A DNA stretch of 64,000 nucleotides from an uncultured Clostridia bacterium. GTDB lineage: Bacteria; Bacillota; Clostridia; Christensenellales; UBA1242. Each line of letters begins with the position of its first letter. Within the stretch, counting starts at the first letter, position 1. The notes under the pieces are model-generated. The model was not told where the DNA came from. It did not search any database and was given only the letters and a program-made list of their open reading frames with translations. Position numbers and translations under genes: made by a program. Positions 48,696 to 57,059 of this stretch are shown here, in pieces. The DNA is taken from assembly GCA_937893125.1 (NCBI GenBank), contig CALBHW010000050.1:3847-67846 (forward strand), given 5' to 3'.

Positions 48696-48917
48696 CAAAG
48701 CATTGACGATTTTGCGGAATATTGCGACAAGCGTGGTGCGGAATTAACCGACGAAATCCACACACTTTTACTTAATACAGGCATTGCAGTATTGGACAGC
48801 GTTATCACTTCGGCTAGTTTTAAGTTTGCACGCTTAAAAGTTAATATATCCCAAAACAATAAAGGCAACATCGTTATTGGTTTTACTTATAGCGACGGTG
48901 CAAAAGTAGAGGTGTGA
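48696..48917 (+). CDS. Start-less coding-like stretch (73 sense codons) in frame with 48507-48695 behind its TGA
   Basis: No ATG/GTG/TTG gives a long ORF. The stretch fills the gap exactly and ends 1 nt before the next gene. The translation QSIDDFAEYCDKRGAELTDEIHTLLLNTGIAVLDSV... looks protein-like. Confidence 0.45.
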   Translation, partial: QSIDDFAEYCDKRGAELTDEIHTLLLNTGIAVLDSVITSASFKFARLKVNISQNNKGNIVIGFTYSDGAKVEV

Positions 48918-48918
48918 T

Positions 48919-49308
48919 ATGCGTGAGATAGAATTTAGAGGAAAAGACAAAACAGGAATAATGTACAAAGACTGGTTTTATGGGAGTTTAGATTTAACAA
49001 CAAATCCTGAATTCCCAACAATTTTATGCAAAGATAAGTTTGATAATGTTATGCATATACAGGTTGATAAAGAAACAATCGGTCAATACATTGGCTTAAA
49101 CGATAATTGCAAGCAAAAAGTATTTGAGGGCGATATTATGCAAGACCCGTTTGACCCCGATGAAGTTTTTGTTGTTGATTTTATAGACGGCGAATTTGTG
49201 TTGCTTAATGATGTTAATGTTATTGTCGATATTGAACAGGTACATTTTTTAAATATTATTGGCAATATACACGATAATAAAGAATTTTACAAAAGCGAGG
49301 ATAATTAA
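48919..49308 (+). CDS. YopX-family phage protein
   Basis: MREIEFRGK...WFYGSL...IGNIHDN pattern, typical of YopX. Confidence 0.7.
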   Translation: MREIEFRGKDKTGIMYKDWFYGSLDLTTNPEFPTILCKDKFDNVMHIQVDKETIGQYIGLNDNCKQKVFEGDIMQDPFDPDEVFVVDFIDGEFVLLNDVNVIVDIEQVHFLNIIGNIHDNKEFYKSEDN

Positions 49309-49309
49309 A

Positions 49310-49555
49310 ATGTTTAATAGAGAAACACCCGAACAAAACATCAATCGTAAATGTAGCGAGATTGATTGTTTAACGAGATTATTGGCTCAAATCGATAGGA
49401 TAAAAATAAACAACGAAATACAAATCAAAGTTGTGGTGGCGGGATTATCTTTTGATATTACTTGCAACTGCAACAAACAAAACAAACAACCATTAGATAT
49501 ACCACCATTTATGAAGAAATTTTACAATCCTGAAGGTGGCGGTAAATTATGGTAA
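49310..49555 (+). CDS. Hypothetical phage protein
   Basis: ATG directly after the preceding stop. 81 aa. Confidence 0.5.
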   Translation: MFNRETPEQNINRKCSEIDCLTRLLAQIDRIKINNEIQIKVVVAGLSFDITCNCNKQNKQPLDIPPFMKKFYNPEGGGKLW

Positions 49556-49773
49556 AAGAAGTTTATATACAAGTTGGCGTAACGGCTTTGCGCTCCCCAA
49601 CGGGCGAGCCATTGCCTGCCGTGCCATTATACATAAAAGGTACGCAATTAAAAAATAGCGGGCTTACACAGGCAGAGGAAAATTTAATGCACGACATCTC
49701 GGGTTTATTTGTGGAAAAGCACAAAGAAAAGCAAACAAAATCCCAAAGTGGAGGCAAAAATGTCAAAATATAA
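49549..49773 (+). CDS. Hypothetical phage protein
   Basis: 74-aa ORF with a GGTGGCGG RBS-like stretch upstream. Confidence 0.5.
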   Translation: MVKEVYIQVGVTALRSPTGEPLPAVPLYIKGTQLKNSGLTQAEENLMHDISGLFVEKHKEKQTKSQSGGKNVKI

Positions 49774-50251
49774 AAAAATAATGCTCGATAACGGCATTAT
49801 GCAAAAGGATTTATTGGAAGTTATCCACCGTGTTGATAATCGTGTGGATAAATCACTTTTAAGCAAAATGATAAACGATGTTTGTTTACCGATACCAAAA
49901 GTATTAGAAACAATCTGCGATTATCTTAATTGTAATGTCTTGGATTTGTACGATATTCGCGAGATTAATATTGCTCCAAGCAATACAAATTTAGTGATGA
50001 CGGCTATAAAACGCCAAGATTGTGGCGGAAAATCGCACGGCGACAATATTTATAATTTAACAATTGAATTATGGCGCGATGTTGCCGAGCGAGTTTTTAA
50101 CAAACAGTCATTAAAATTGTTAGGATTTAAAAATAAAACCGAGTGTATAAGACATTTGGTTTATACACTCGATAAGAAATTAAAAAAGATAAAAGAAAAA
50201 GCCGCCAATGATAATAACATTACCAATGGCGACCAACCAATTGCCAATTAA
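49760..50251 (+). CDS. HTH (XRE-like) DNA-binding phage protein
   Basis: ATG after GGAGG. N-terminal IMQKDLLEVIHRVDNRVDKSLLSKMIN helix-turn-helix-like segment. Confidence 0.55.
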   Translation: MSKYKKIMLDNGIMQKDLLEVIHRVDNRVDKSLLSKMINDVCLPIPKVLETICDYLNCNVLDLYDIREINIAPSNTNLVMTAIKRQDCGGKSHGDNIYNLTIELWRDVAERVFNKQSLKLLGFKNKTECIRHLVYTLDKKLKKIKEKAANDNNITNGDQPIAN

Positions 50252-50319
50252 CATTGACACAAGCATTATAACAAATGTTATTTTGCAAGTCAATTAATTG
50301 CTAAAAACTTAATATAAAA

Positions 50320-50350
50320 GGCTGTCGCAATTTTGGCACTCGCGACAGCC
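50320..50350 (+). other. GC-rich hairpin after the HTH gene
   Basis: 9-bp stem ggctgtcgc / gcgacagcc with a 13-nt loop. No T-run. Confidence 0.4.
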
Positions 50351-50592
50351 TTCGGGATTGACAAGACATCAACCAAACCTACAAATAGTATAGCATATTT
50401 GCCCCATTATGTCAATAAACGAAAACAAAAAATTGTGCTATTAGCGTCCTTGTAATGAAGTATTATTTAATCAACGAAGTATTTAAAAACACACAAGTAA
50501 TTTACAAGAGAAAAATTAAAGCAGGATTTAAAGATTAAAGATTATTTTTATTGATTACCAAACGGGTCAAGGGTGTAACGCCTTGTCGTCCT

Positions 50593-50630
50593 GCAAGCGG
50601 CGAAACGCTTGCGTATTCTCTTTATTATTT
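50593..50630 (+). terminator. Terminator-like hairpin in the rep leader
   Basis: 7-bp stem gcaagcg / cgcttgc, followed by the U-rich gtattctctttattattt, about 30 nt before the rep RBS. Confidence 0.45.
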
Positions 50631-50659
50631 AATATTTAAAAATTATATGGAGGCAATCA

Positions 50660-51550
50660 ATGCACAATTATAGTGTTGACAAGTTTGATAAAGAAGATTT
50701 GTTTTTATTGGAACTAGAAAACCAAGAGAGATTATCGGCATTACAAGATAAACACATTGTCCATTATAGAACAAAGACAATTAAAAGCGGTAAAGTGTTG
50801 GAGTGTGAAGTTTATCCTGTTTGGGACACAAGAGCGTCATTGTCGAGATGTAGAAAGATACGAGAAAGTCGTGAGGCGCAAAAAAGACTTAATCAAAAGA
50901 ATGCTGTTAAAAATCTTGTACGCCTAGTTAATACAAATTTTACCGATAAAGACATTTGGGGTACATTTACATACGAAACATCAAAGTTGCCTAAAAGTGT
51001 CGAGTTGGCACAAAAAGAAATGGTTAAATTTATTAGACGCTTAAAGTATTATGCAGATACTCACAATTTTGAGCCACTTAAATATGTTTATGTTACCGAA
51101 TTTGAAGACGACGAAGAAAAAGGAAAACACCGTGTACACCACCACATTGTTACCAACTTCCCCGATAGAGATATTGCCGAGAAATTATGGTGCAACGGTG
51201 CAAGAAAACAAACAAGAAGATTACAGGCAGACGATAGCGGTTACGAGGGTATGATTAGATATATTCTAAAAGACCCAAGAGGCACAAAGCGATATGTTAC
51301 ATCAAAGAATTTAAACAAGCCAATAATTACTGTTGCCGATTATAAACTTACCCGTAAAAAAGTAAATAAAATTGTTAGAGGCGAGGTTAGTCCATACAAT
51401 GTGTTTGAGGATATGTATCACGACCAATACAAATTAGTTGATTGTTTTAGTAAAACAAGCGAGTATGTATCAGGTGCTTATATCTATGCAAAAATGGTAA
51501 AGCGAAATCAAAAAGGAGGACGATGTCAAAATGAAATATTTAGGGAGTAA
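50660..51550 (+). CDS. HUH-superfamily rolling-circle replication initiator (Rep)
   Basis: Motif 1 WGTFTYE, motif 2 RVHHHIVTN, motif 3 MIRYILKD, in canonical order and spacing. Confidence 0.7.
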   Translation: MHNYSVDKFDKEDLFLLELENQERLSALQDKHIVHYRTKTIKSGKVLECEVYPVWDTRASLSRCRKIRESREAQKRLNQKNAVKNLVRLVNTNFTDKDIWGTFTYETSKLPKSVELAQKEMVKFIRRLKYYADTHNFEPLKYVYVTEFEDDEEKGKHRVHHHIVTNFPDRDIAEKLWCNGARKQTRRLQADDSGYEGMIRYILKDPRGTKRYVTSKNLNKPIITVADYKLTRKKVNKIVRGEVSPYNVFEDMYHDQYKLVDCFSKTSEYVSGAYIYAKMVKRNQKGGRCQNEIFRE

Positions 51551-52268
51551 ATCAAAACTTGCAAAAGAAATTGTATCAATATTGCAAAACTTGATTTATA
51601 AAAACAATATCAAAACATATATAGAGCCGTTTGTTGGTGGTTTTAACATTATCGATAAAATCATTTGCGAAAACAAAATCGGCAACGACATTGACCCTAT
51701 TGTTATAAATCTTGTTGAAACTTGTCGTAACAATCCCCAATTGTTAAATTTAATCGAAACTCCAACAAAAGAGCATTATTACGATGTACGCGACAATGAG
51801 TTTAAATATCAACCTTGGTATCGTGCAGCAATATTATTATTTGCGTCATATAACGCCTGCGTGTATGGTGGTTGTTATGGTGCGATTGCCAACACCAAAG
51901 AAGGCAAAACAAGAAATTATTTTGAAGAAAGCAAAAGTAATTTTATAAATCAATTACCAAATTTAAAAGATATTTTACTTGCTTGTGGCTCGTATGAGTC
52001 AATAATCCCACCGTCAAGACAATGTTTAATATATTGCGACCCGCCTTATGCTGAAGGTGTTGGATATTGTAAAAAGTTTAATACGCAAAGATTTTGGCAA
52101 TGGTGTAGAGATTTATCAAGGCAAGGACATATCGTTGTTATAAGCGAACATAACGCACCCGACGATTTTGTTTGTATTTGGCAACACGAAACATTATCAC
52201 ACTTAAACAACCGAAACAAAATCGCCAAAATAGAAAAATTATTTGTTTTCGGTGGCGCTTATGATTAA
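51531..52268 (+). CDS. DNA adenine methyltransferase (Dam-like, D12 class)
   Basis: N-terminal KYLGSKSKL and catalytic DPPY. Confidence 0.85.
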   Translation: MKYLGSKSKLAKEIVSILQNLIYKNNIKTYIEPFVGGFNIIDKIICENKIGNDIDPIVINLVETCRNNPQLLNLIETPTKEHYYDVRDNEFKYQPWYRAAILLFASYNACVYGGCYGAIANTKEGKTRNYFEESKSNFINQLPNLKDILLACGSYESIIPPSRQCLIYCDPPYAEGVGYCKKFNTQRFWQWCRDLSRQGHIVVISEHNAPDDFVCIWQHETLSHLNNRNKIAKIEKLFVFGGAYD

Positions 52269-52485
52269 AAAAAGGAAAGTGGAAGTTTTGTATTTAGCCG
52301 TTACGGCTGATGACTTGGAGTTGCCTATCGGTGTATTTGATACGATAAAGGAAATTGCAAAATATGCACATTGCTCGTACAGATACGCAAAAACTATGGT
52401 ACATCGTCAAAGTATATACAAAAAATTAAAATGCAAATTTATTAGAGTCGAAATTGGAGGATTTGGTAAAAATGAAAAAAATTAA
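52261..52485 (+). CDS. Hypothetical phage protein
   Basis: ATGATTAA start/stop overlap with the Dam gene. Confidence 0.45.
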   Translation: MIKKRKVEVLYLAVTADDLELPIGVFDTIKEIAKYAHCSYRYAKTMVHRQSIYKKLKCKFIRVEIGGFGKNEKN

Positions 52486-52687
52486 AAATTTAATAAGTGT
52501 ATTTTACTTAATATCAATGCTTGTGATTATCTTCTGCTTGCCAATAAGTGCGATAATGATAATTTGTAAATTATGTAAAGCAACATTATTGAGTTGGATT
52601 AATTGTTGTACCCCGATAATTATAACAATAGCACTTACACCGTTTATTATTTTATCAAAAATATTGATTGATAATAAGGAGGATTAA
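52472..52687 (+). CDS. Small membrane protein (two TM helices)
   Basis: Hydrophobic 71-aa ORF with GGAGG upstream. Confidence 0.5.
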   Translation: MKKIKNLISVFYLISMLVIIFCLPISAIMIICKLCKATLLSWINCCTPIIITIALTPFIILSKILIDNKED

Positions 52688-52688
52688 A

Positions 52689-53261
52689 ATGCCGAAACAA
52701 TCAAAAAAACAAGATATGGAAAAGAAAAAAACAAAACAAAGTCAAAAGGCGACTAAAATAACCAATAAAAAAACAACACAAGAAAAAAAGAAAACAGGTT
52801 TACCAAGTCAGTACGCAAATAAGGTAAAACCTTATTTGGACGACATCGAAAGATATGTGCGTTGTGGAGTTACCGAAGGACAAATTTGTTTATATTATGG
52901 CGTTGGCAAAACTCAATGGGCGCAATATAAAAAAGATAATCCCGAACTAAACGAAACACTTTTAAAAGCAAAAACAGCATTAAAGGTTGATTTAATCAAC
53001 AAAGCGTATCAAGTTGCCATTGGTTATAACTATGAAGAAATCACCACACAAGAGTATAAAGACGACAAAGGTAATATCACAGGAACTAAAACAATAACTT
53101 ATAAACGCCACGCAAAAGCCGACGCAGGTATGTTGCAATTTTTATTAGTTAATCGTTTTAGTGAAGAATTTGCACGCGACCCACAAATGGTGGAATTGCG
53201 CAAAAAAGCGTTAGAATTACAACAATCAGGCAAATTGCCATTTGATACGGAAGGTATTTGA
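52689..53261 (+). CDS. Basic DNA-binding phage protein (terminase-small-subunit-like HTH)
   Basis: K-rich N-terminus, then CGVTEGQICLYYGVGKTQWAQYKK. AAGGAGG RBS. Confidence 0.5.
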   Translation: MPKQSKKQDMEKKKTKQSQKATKITNKKTTQEKKKTGLPSQYANKVKPYLDDIERYVRCGVTEGQICLYYGVGKTQWAQYKKDNPELNETLLKAKTALKVDLINKAYQVAIGYNYEEITTQEYKDDKGNITGTKTITYKRHAKADAGMLQFLLVNRFSEEFARDPQMVELRKKALELQQSGKLPFDTEGI

Positions 53262-53263
53262 TT

Positions 53264-53950
53264 ATGGCGCTAGACCCAATACACGCATTTTATTGTCGTA
53301 AAGATTATTTAACATTGGCGTTGCAATGCAAAATTAAGAGCGGTGGTAAGTGTGCAGAGTGTGGCGAGATATTTGATATTGACGAATTGCGACCACATCA
53401 TATTATTGAATTAACACTTGATAATATTGACGATGTAAACATTACGCTAAACCCCGACAATATCGAGGTGTTGTGTCATAATTGCCATAATAAGCGCCAC
53501 GCAAGATTTGGCAATGTTGTCGGACAAAAACATATTTATTTAGTCTATGGCTCGCCTTGTGCAGGTAAAAACCTTTATGTTGAAACCGTAGCAACAAGAA
53601 ATGATTTAATTATTGACCTAGATAAAATACATAAAGCAATTTGTATTTGTGGTATGTATGATAAACCCGACGCAACAAAGCGCGTTGCATTTGATGTTAG
53701 AGATTATTTATTAAATGTGGCAAGATTGGCGGGAACTCGTCGCCGTTGGCAAAACGCATATATAATACAAACCTGCCCCGAAAAGTACGACCGCGACGAA
53801 ATGGTTAAATTGTATGGTTGTGAACTTATCCATATTGACACAACAAAAGAAGAATGTGTTGCTAATTGCAAAAGAGATATAAAAAGACAAGCAGTACAGG
53901 ACGCAGTACTTGGTTGGATTGATGATTATTGGTCGCGTTACAATGAATAA
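53264..53950 (+). CDS. HNH endonuclease fused to a P-loop NTPase/kinase-like domain
   Basis: CAECG...HHIIEL...N...CHNCHNKRH, then Walker A GSPCAGKN. Confidence 0.75.
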   Translation: MALDPIHAFYCRKDYLTLALQCKIKSGGKCAECGEIFDIDELRPHHIIELTLDNIDDVNITLNPDNIEVLCHNCHNKRHARFGNVVGQKHIYLVYGSPCAGKNLYVETVATRNDLIIDLDKIHKAICICGMYDKPDATKRVAFDVRDYLLNVARLAGTRRRWQNAYIIQTCPEKYDRDEMVKLYGCELIHIDTTKEECVANCKRDIKRQAVQDAVLGWIDDYWSRYNE

Positions 53951-53967
53951 CAAAGGAGTATTTAATT

Positions 53968-54276
53968 ATGTCAAAAATAAAAACAATCAATATGAAAAAA
54001 TTAATAAATGGACTTGGTATTAATAAAGGCGATATTGTTGTCGTTGATAACATTTGTTTAGTTTGCAACGATAAGTACGATTTAGTGCGCATTGACAACT
54101 CGTACAATAGTGCAATACCAAACATAATTGTTGGTATGGTAAGTGGTAAACATAGTTACAAGATTTATCAAATGCAACAAGAAGTGTTGAGTGAGATTGC
54201 GCAAGCGTCAATAAAAAACTCTACAAACCATTTGAAAGAGTATAAAAAATGTAAACCTGTTATAGTTGGTAAATAA
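53968..54276 (+). CDS. Hypothetical phage protein
   Basis: 102-aa ORF with a GGAG RBS. Confidence 0.5.
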   Translation: MSKIKTINMKKLINGLGINKGDIVVVDNICLVCNDKYDLVRIDNSYNSAIPNIIVGMVSGKHSYKIYQMQQEVLSEIAQASIKNSTNHLKEYKKCKPVIVGK

Positions 54277-54483
54277 ATGAACAGTGCTGACAACCTACTT
54301 GCCAAGGTATTACAAGGCTTGAAAGCAATGTGTAATCATTGCCAAATAAAAGATTGTAATTATTGTTGGTCGCATTATATATGCGAGGATATTCAAAAAT
54401 ATTTTGAAACAATCCCCCCACCTCACTCAAATTTTTCAAAATCAAAAAGACTCCAAGCCCCAAACACGAAAAACACACACTAA
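54277..54483 (+). CDS. Hypothetical Cys-rich phage protein
   Basis: TAAATG junction with the previous gene. CNHC...CNYC. Confidence 0.4.
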   Translation: MNSADNLLAKVLQGLKAMCNHCQIKDCNYCWSHYICEDIQKYFETIPPPHSNFSKSKRLQAPNTKNTH

Positions 54484-54536
54484 AATTTTGACTTTTTCTA
54501 TAAAAAATCTAAAAAAGATAAAACGGGAGGTTTTTT

Positions 54537-54875
54537 GTGAAAACAAACACAAACACAACAAAACAACAAATAGTCGATAAAGAATATAACCGACTTATCA
54601 ACAAATATAAGTCGGCAAATGTTGACGAAAACAAACTCGCAATTAACGACTCTTGGATTAGAAAGGTGGCGGAACTGTTCGCCGTGCTTGAAATGATAAA
54701 GGACTTACCGTCTATTATCTACAACCCTAAAAACCCAATTGAGCAGCAAGAAACAGCAGCGGGCAAAGCGCGTGTTAAGTATATGGCACAATATACATCG
54801 TCAATGCAAAAATTAAACAAGGATTTGCTCGGCTCTATTGTTGAGCAGGACGACGACCTTGACGATTACGAATAA
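54537..54875 (+). CDS. Probable terminase small subunit (P27-like)
   Basis: GTG start after GGGAGG. 112 aa, acidic C-terminus, positioned directly before TerL and after the HNH gene. Confidence 0.55.
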   Translation: MKTNTNTTKQQIVDKEYNRLINKYKSANVDENKLAINDSWIRKVAELFAVLEMIKDLPSIIYNPKNPIEQQETAAGKARVKYMAQYTSSMQKLNKDLLGSIVEQDDDLDDYE

Positions 54876-56697
54876 TGATTTGATTGAGTGGAAATTAGTC
54901 AATCCCGATATTGTGCCAATAGACGGTTGGACTGTACTCAATGAAGAATTTGACGGCAGGCATAGTTATTTGGTTGAATATTATAAACTTTGTCGGTCGG
55001 GCAAAAAGAATATTGGTCGTGAATTAAAAACAATGCTTGAAACACTTATACAAAATATATATTTTCACGGCGATATATATCACTTTGATTTAGAGCAGGC
55101 ACACAAGCGTATCAAGTTTATTGAAAATGAAGTTAAACATTTTGAAAGCCCCTTTGCAGGCAAACCATTTTTATTAGAGATTAATCAAAAAGCAATCGCC
55201 GAGGCGTTATTTGGTTTTTATATCTTTGACGACGAATTGCTTGGCGGCGGTCGTTGGGTGCGTCAATACAAAGAGTTTTTATTGTTTATGGCTAGAAAGA
55301 ATGGCAAGACACCATTTGTTGCGGCGTTAGTATTAGCGGAGTGGTTTTGTGGTGAGGCAGGTCAAAAGGTTATGTGTGCGTCTAACGACTATGAACAGGC
55401 TGCATTGATATTTGATTGTATTAACAACTTCCGTGAGGAGTCGCGTGCAATGCAAAAAGTTACCCGTAAAAATATCAAAGGTATATTTTTCGGTAATCCA
55501 AAACAAAGAAAGAAAACGGGAAAATTTAGCAAACAAAATAAAGGCTCTATCAAAAAAATGTCTGCTCTTGCAGGAGCAAAAGAAGGTCGTAACCTTAAAA
55601 TTGTAATTGTGGACGAAGTCCACGAAATGAAAGACCGTACAACCGTAATGCCGTTAAGGTCGTCATTAACAACGCAAGACGAGCCATTGTATATTGAAAT
55701 TACGACCGACGGGGTTGTACAAGACGGATACCTTGACGAAAGATTAGCAGAGGCAAGAAAAGTTTTAAAAGGCGAAATTGATAAGCCTCGTTGGCTTGTA
55801 TGGTTATATACACAAGATAGCGAGGACGAAATTTGGAACGATGAGTCAAGTTGGACGAAATCAAACCCAATGCTTGGTGTTGTCAAAAAAATTAGCGACT
55901 TACGCGACTTGGTTGAGGACGCAAGAAGCAACGGCGCACAAAGGGCATTTACATTAGCCAAGGAGTTTAATTGGAAACAACTTGCGATTGGTGCTTGGCT
56001 TAAAGAAGAATATATAATAAACGAGGCAACATTTGATTTAAGCGACTTTAAAAATAATTGGTGTATCGTGGGTGCGGATTTGGCGGAAACAAACGACCTT
56101 TGTGCAGTAACATTTTTGTTTATGAAACCGAACGACCCAACGATATATATGCACACAATGTATTTTGTAACTTCGCTAAAAGCAAACGACGGACAATCCA
56201 CCGACTCGCCAACAAATCCAGAAAAAAAAGATTATAAACAATGGGCAGATGACGGTTTGTGCAGGATTATTGATGGCGGAATTATTGACGATGATGTTGT
56301 TGCAAATTATGTGCGTGAGGTTTACGACAAATTTGGTATCCGTCCATATAAAGCAGGATACGACCAATGGCACGCCAAAGAATTTGCGAAGATTACGGCT
56401 AAAAACTTTGGCGACAATGTCCCATTAAAAATAAAAATGAATTATGACACATTAAATATTCCAACAAGAACATTGGAAGTTGAATTGCGTGCGCACCACA
56501 TCAATTATAACAACAATGAGATGTGTCGTTGGTGCTTGAAAAATACAGCCGTAAAACACAATAACATCGGATATGTTATGCCTGACAAGATTGGGGGCTA
56601 TATCGGCAATAAGATTGATGGTACAATGTCAAAGATTATAGCGCTTGCAGCATTGCGTGAGTGTAAAACAGCATTTATGTCTAAAATTGGAGGTTGA
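54838..56697 (+). CDS. Terminase large subunit (start uncertain, between 54838 and 54877)
   Basis: Walker A ARKNGKTPF, Walker B VIVDEVHE, C-terminal nuclease region. About 610 aa. Confidence 0.9.
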   Translation: MLSRTTTLTITNNDLIEWKLVNPDIVPIDGWTVLNEEFDGRHSYLVEYYKLCRSGKKNIGRELKTMLETLIQNIYFHGDIYHFDLEQAHKRIKFIENEVKHFESPFAGKPFLLEINQKAIAEALFGFYIFDDELLGGGRWVRQYKEFLLFMARKNGKTPFVAALVLAEWFCGEAGQKVMCASNDYEQAALIFDCINNFREESRAMQKVTRKNIKGIFFGNPKQRKKTGKFSKQNKGSIKKMSALAGAKEGRNLKIVIVDEVHEMKDRTTVMPLRSSLTTQDEPLYIEITTDGVVQDGYLDERLAEARKVLKGEIDKPRWLVWLYTQDSEDEIWNDESSWTKSNPMLGVVKKISDLRDLVEDARSNGAQRAFTLAKEFNWKQLAIGAWLKEEYIINEATFDLSDFKNNWCIVGADLAETNDLCAVTFLFMKPNDPTIYMHTMYFVTSLKANDGQSTDSPTNPEKKDYKQWADDGLCRIIDGGIIDDDVVANYVREVYDKFGIRPYKAGYDQWHAKEFAKITAKNFGDNVPLKIKMNYDTLNIPTRTLEVELRAHHINYNNNEMCRWCLKNTAVKHNNIGYVMPDKIGGYIGNKIDGTMSKIIALAALRECKTAFMSKIGG

Positions 56698-56891
56698 TTA
56701 TGATTGAAGATTTAAGAAAATCACAAGACAAGAACAAACCAACTATGTCGATTAATCAAAAGGATATTCGTTGCCCGATACATAATTGTTTGATAGGAAA
56801 ATATGACACGCGAGTTGGTATATGTAATGCAACTTTTTATTGTCATAAATGTGGGATAGAATACACTTTTACAATCAAGGCTCAAAAGTGA
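56694..56891 (+). CDS. Small zinc-ribbon protein
   Basis: CPIHNC...CHKCG. ATGA overlap with TerL. Confidence 0.5.
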   Translation: MIMIEDLRKSQDKNKPTMSINQKDIRCPIHNCLIGKYDTRVGICNATFYCHKCGIEYTFTIKAQK

Positions 56892-56895
56892 TTAG

Positions 56896-56924
56896 TTATC
56901 ATTTTTAATTTTTTATGTTATAAT
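56896..56924 (+). promoter_or_regulatory. Sigma-70-type promoter with an extended -10
   Basis: TTATCA-N17-TATAAT with TG at -15/-14 (tgttataat). Confidence 0.55.
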
Positions 56925-56930
56925 GGTTGC

Positions 56931-57040
56931 GTTAAAAAATATATAGCCACACAAGGTGGCAGTACTCCAACCATAGATTGGTTAAGTGAGTCGATAAAAT
57001 TAGGCTTATGCCCTACTTTTTGTCGGCTCACTTTTTATTT
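56931..57040 (+). ncRNA. Candidate ~110-nt phage sRNA: two small hairpins plus a 14-bp terminator stem
   Basis: Hairpins gccac/gtggc and aacca/tggtt, then gtgagtcgataaaa / ttttgtcggctcac followed by tttttattt. No ORF. Confidence 0.45.
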
Positions 57041-57059
57041 AGTACGGGGAGGTAAAAAC

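Noticed and set aside
50358-50394. TTGACA at 50358 as the -35 of a rep promoter.
   Set aside because: The nearest -10-like hexamers (TAGTAT, TATAGC) are 22-25 nt away, which is outside functional spacing.
52689-53261. Calling this basic HTH protein the terminase small subunit.
   Set aside because: A better-placed candidate (54537-54875) lies directly upstream of TerL, so the call is left as a DNA-binding protein of uncertain role.
55389-56201. 270-aa minus-strand ORF inside the terminase gene. Similar long antisense ORFs occur at 36744-37217, 38872-39303, 58548-58991, 63470-63955 and 12037-12549.
   Set aside because: They lie antisense to well-supported genes, are Ser/Leu/Phe-rich low-complexity translations, and have no RBS. 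These are typical shadow ORFs.
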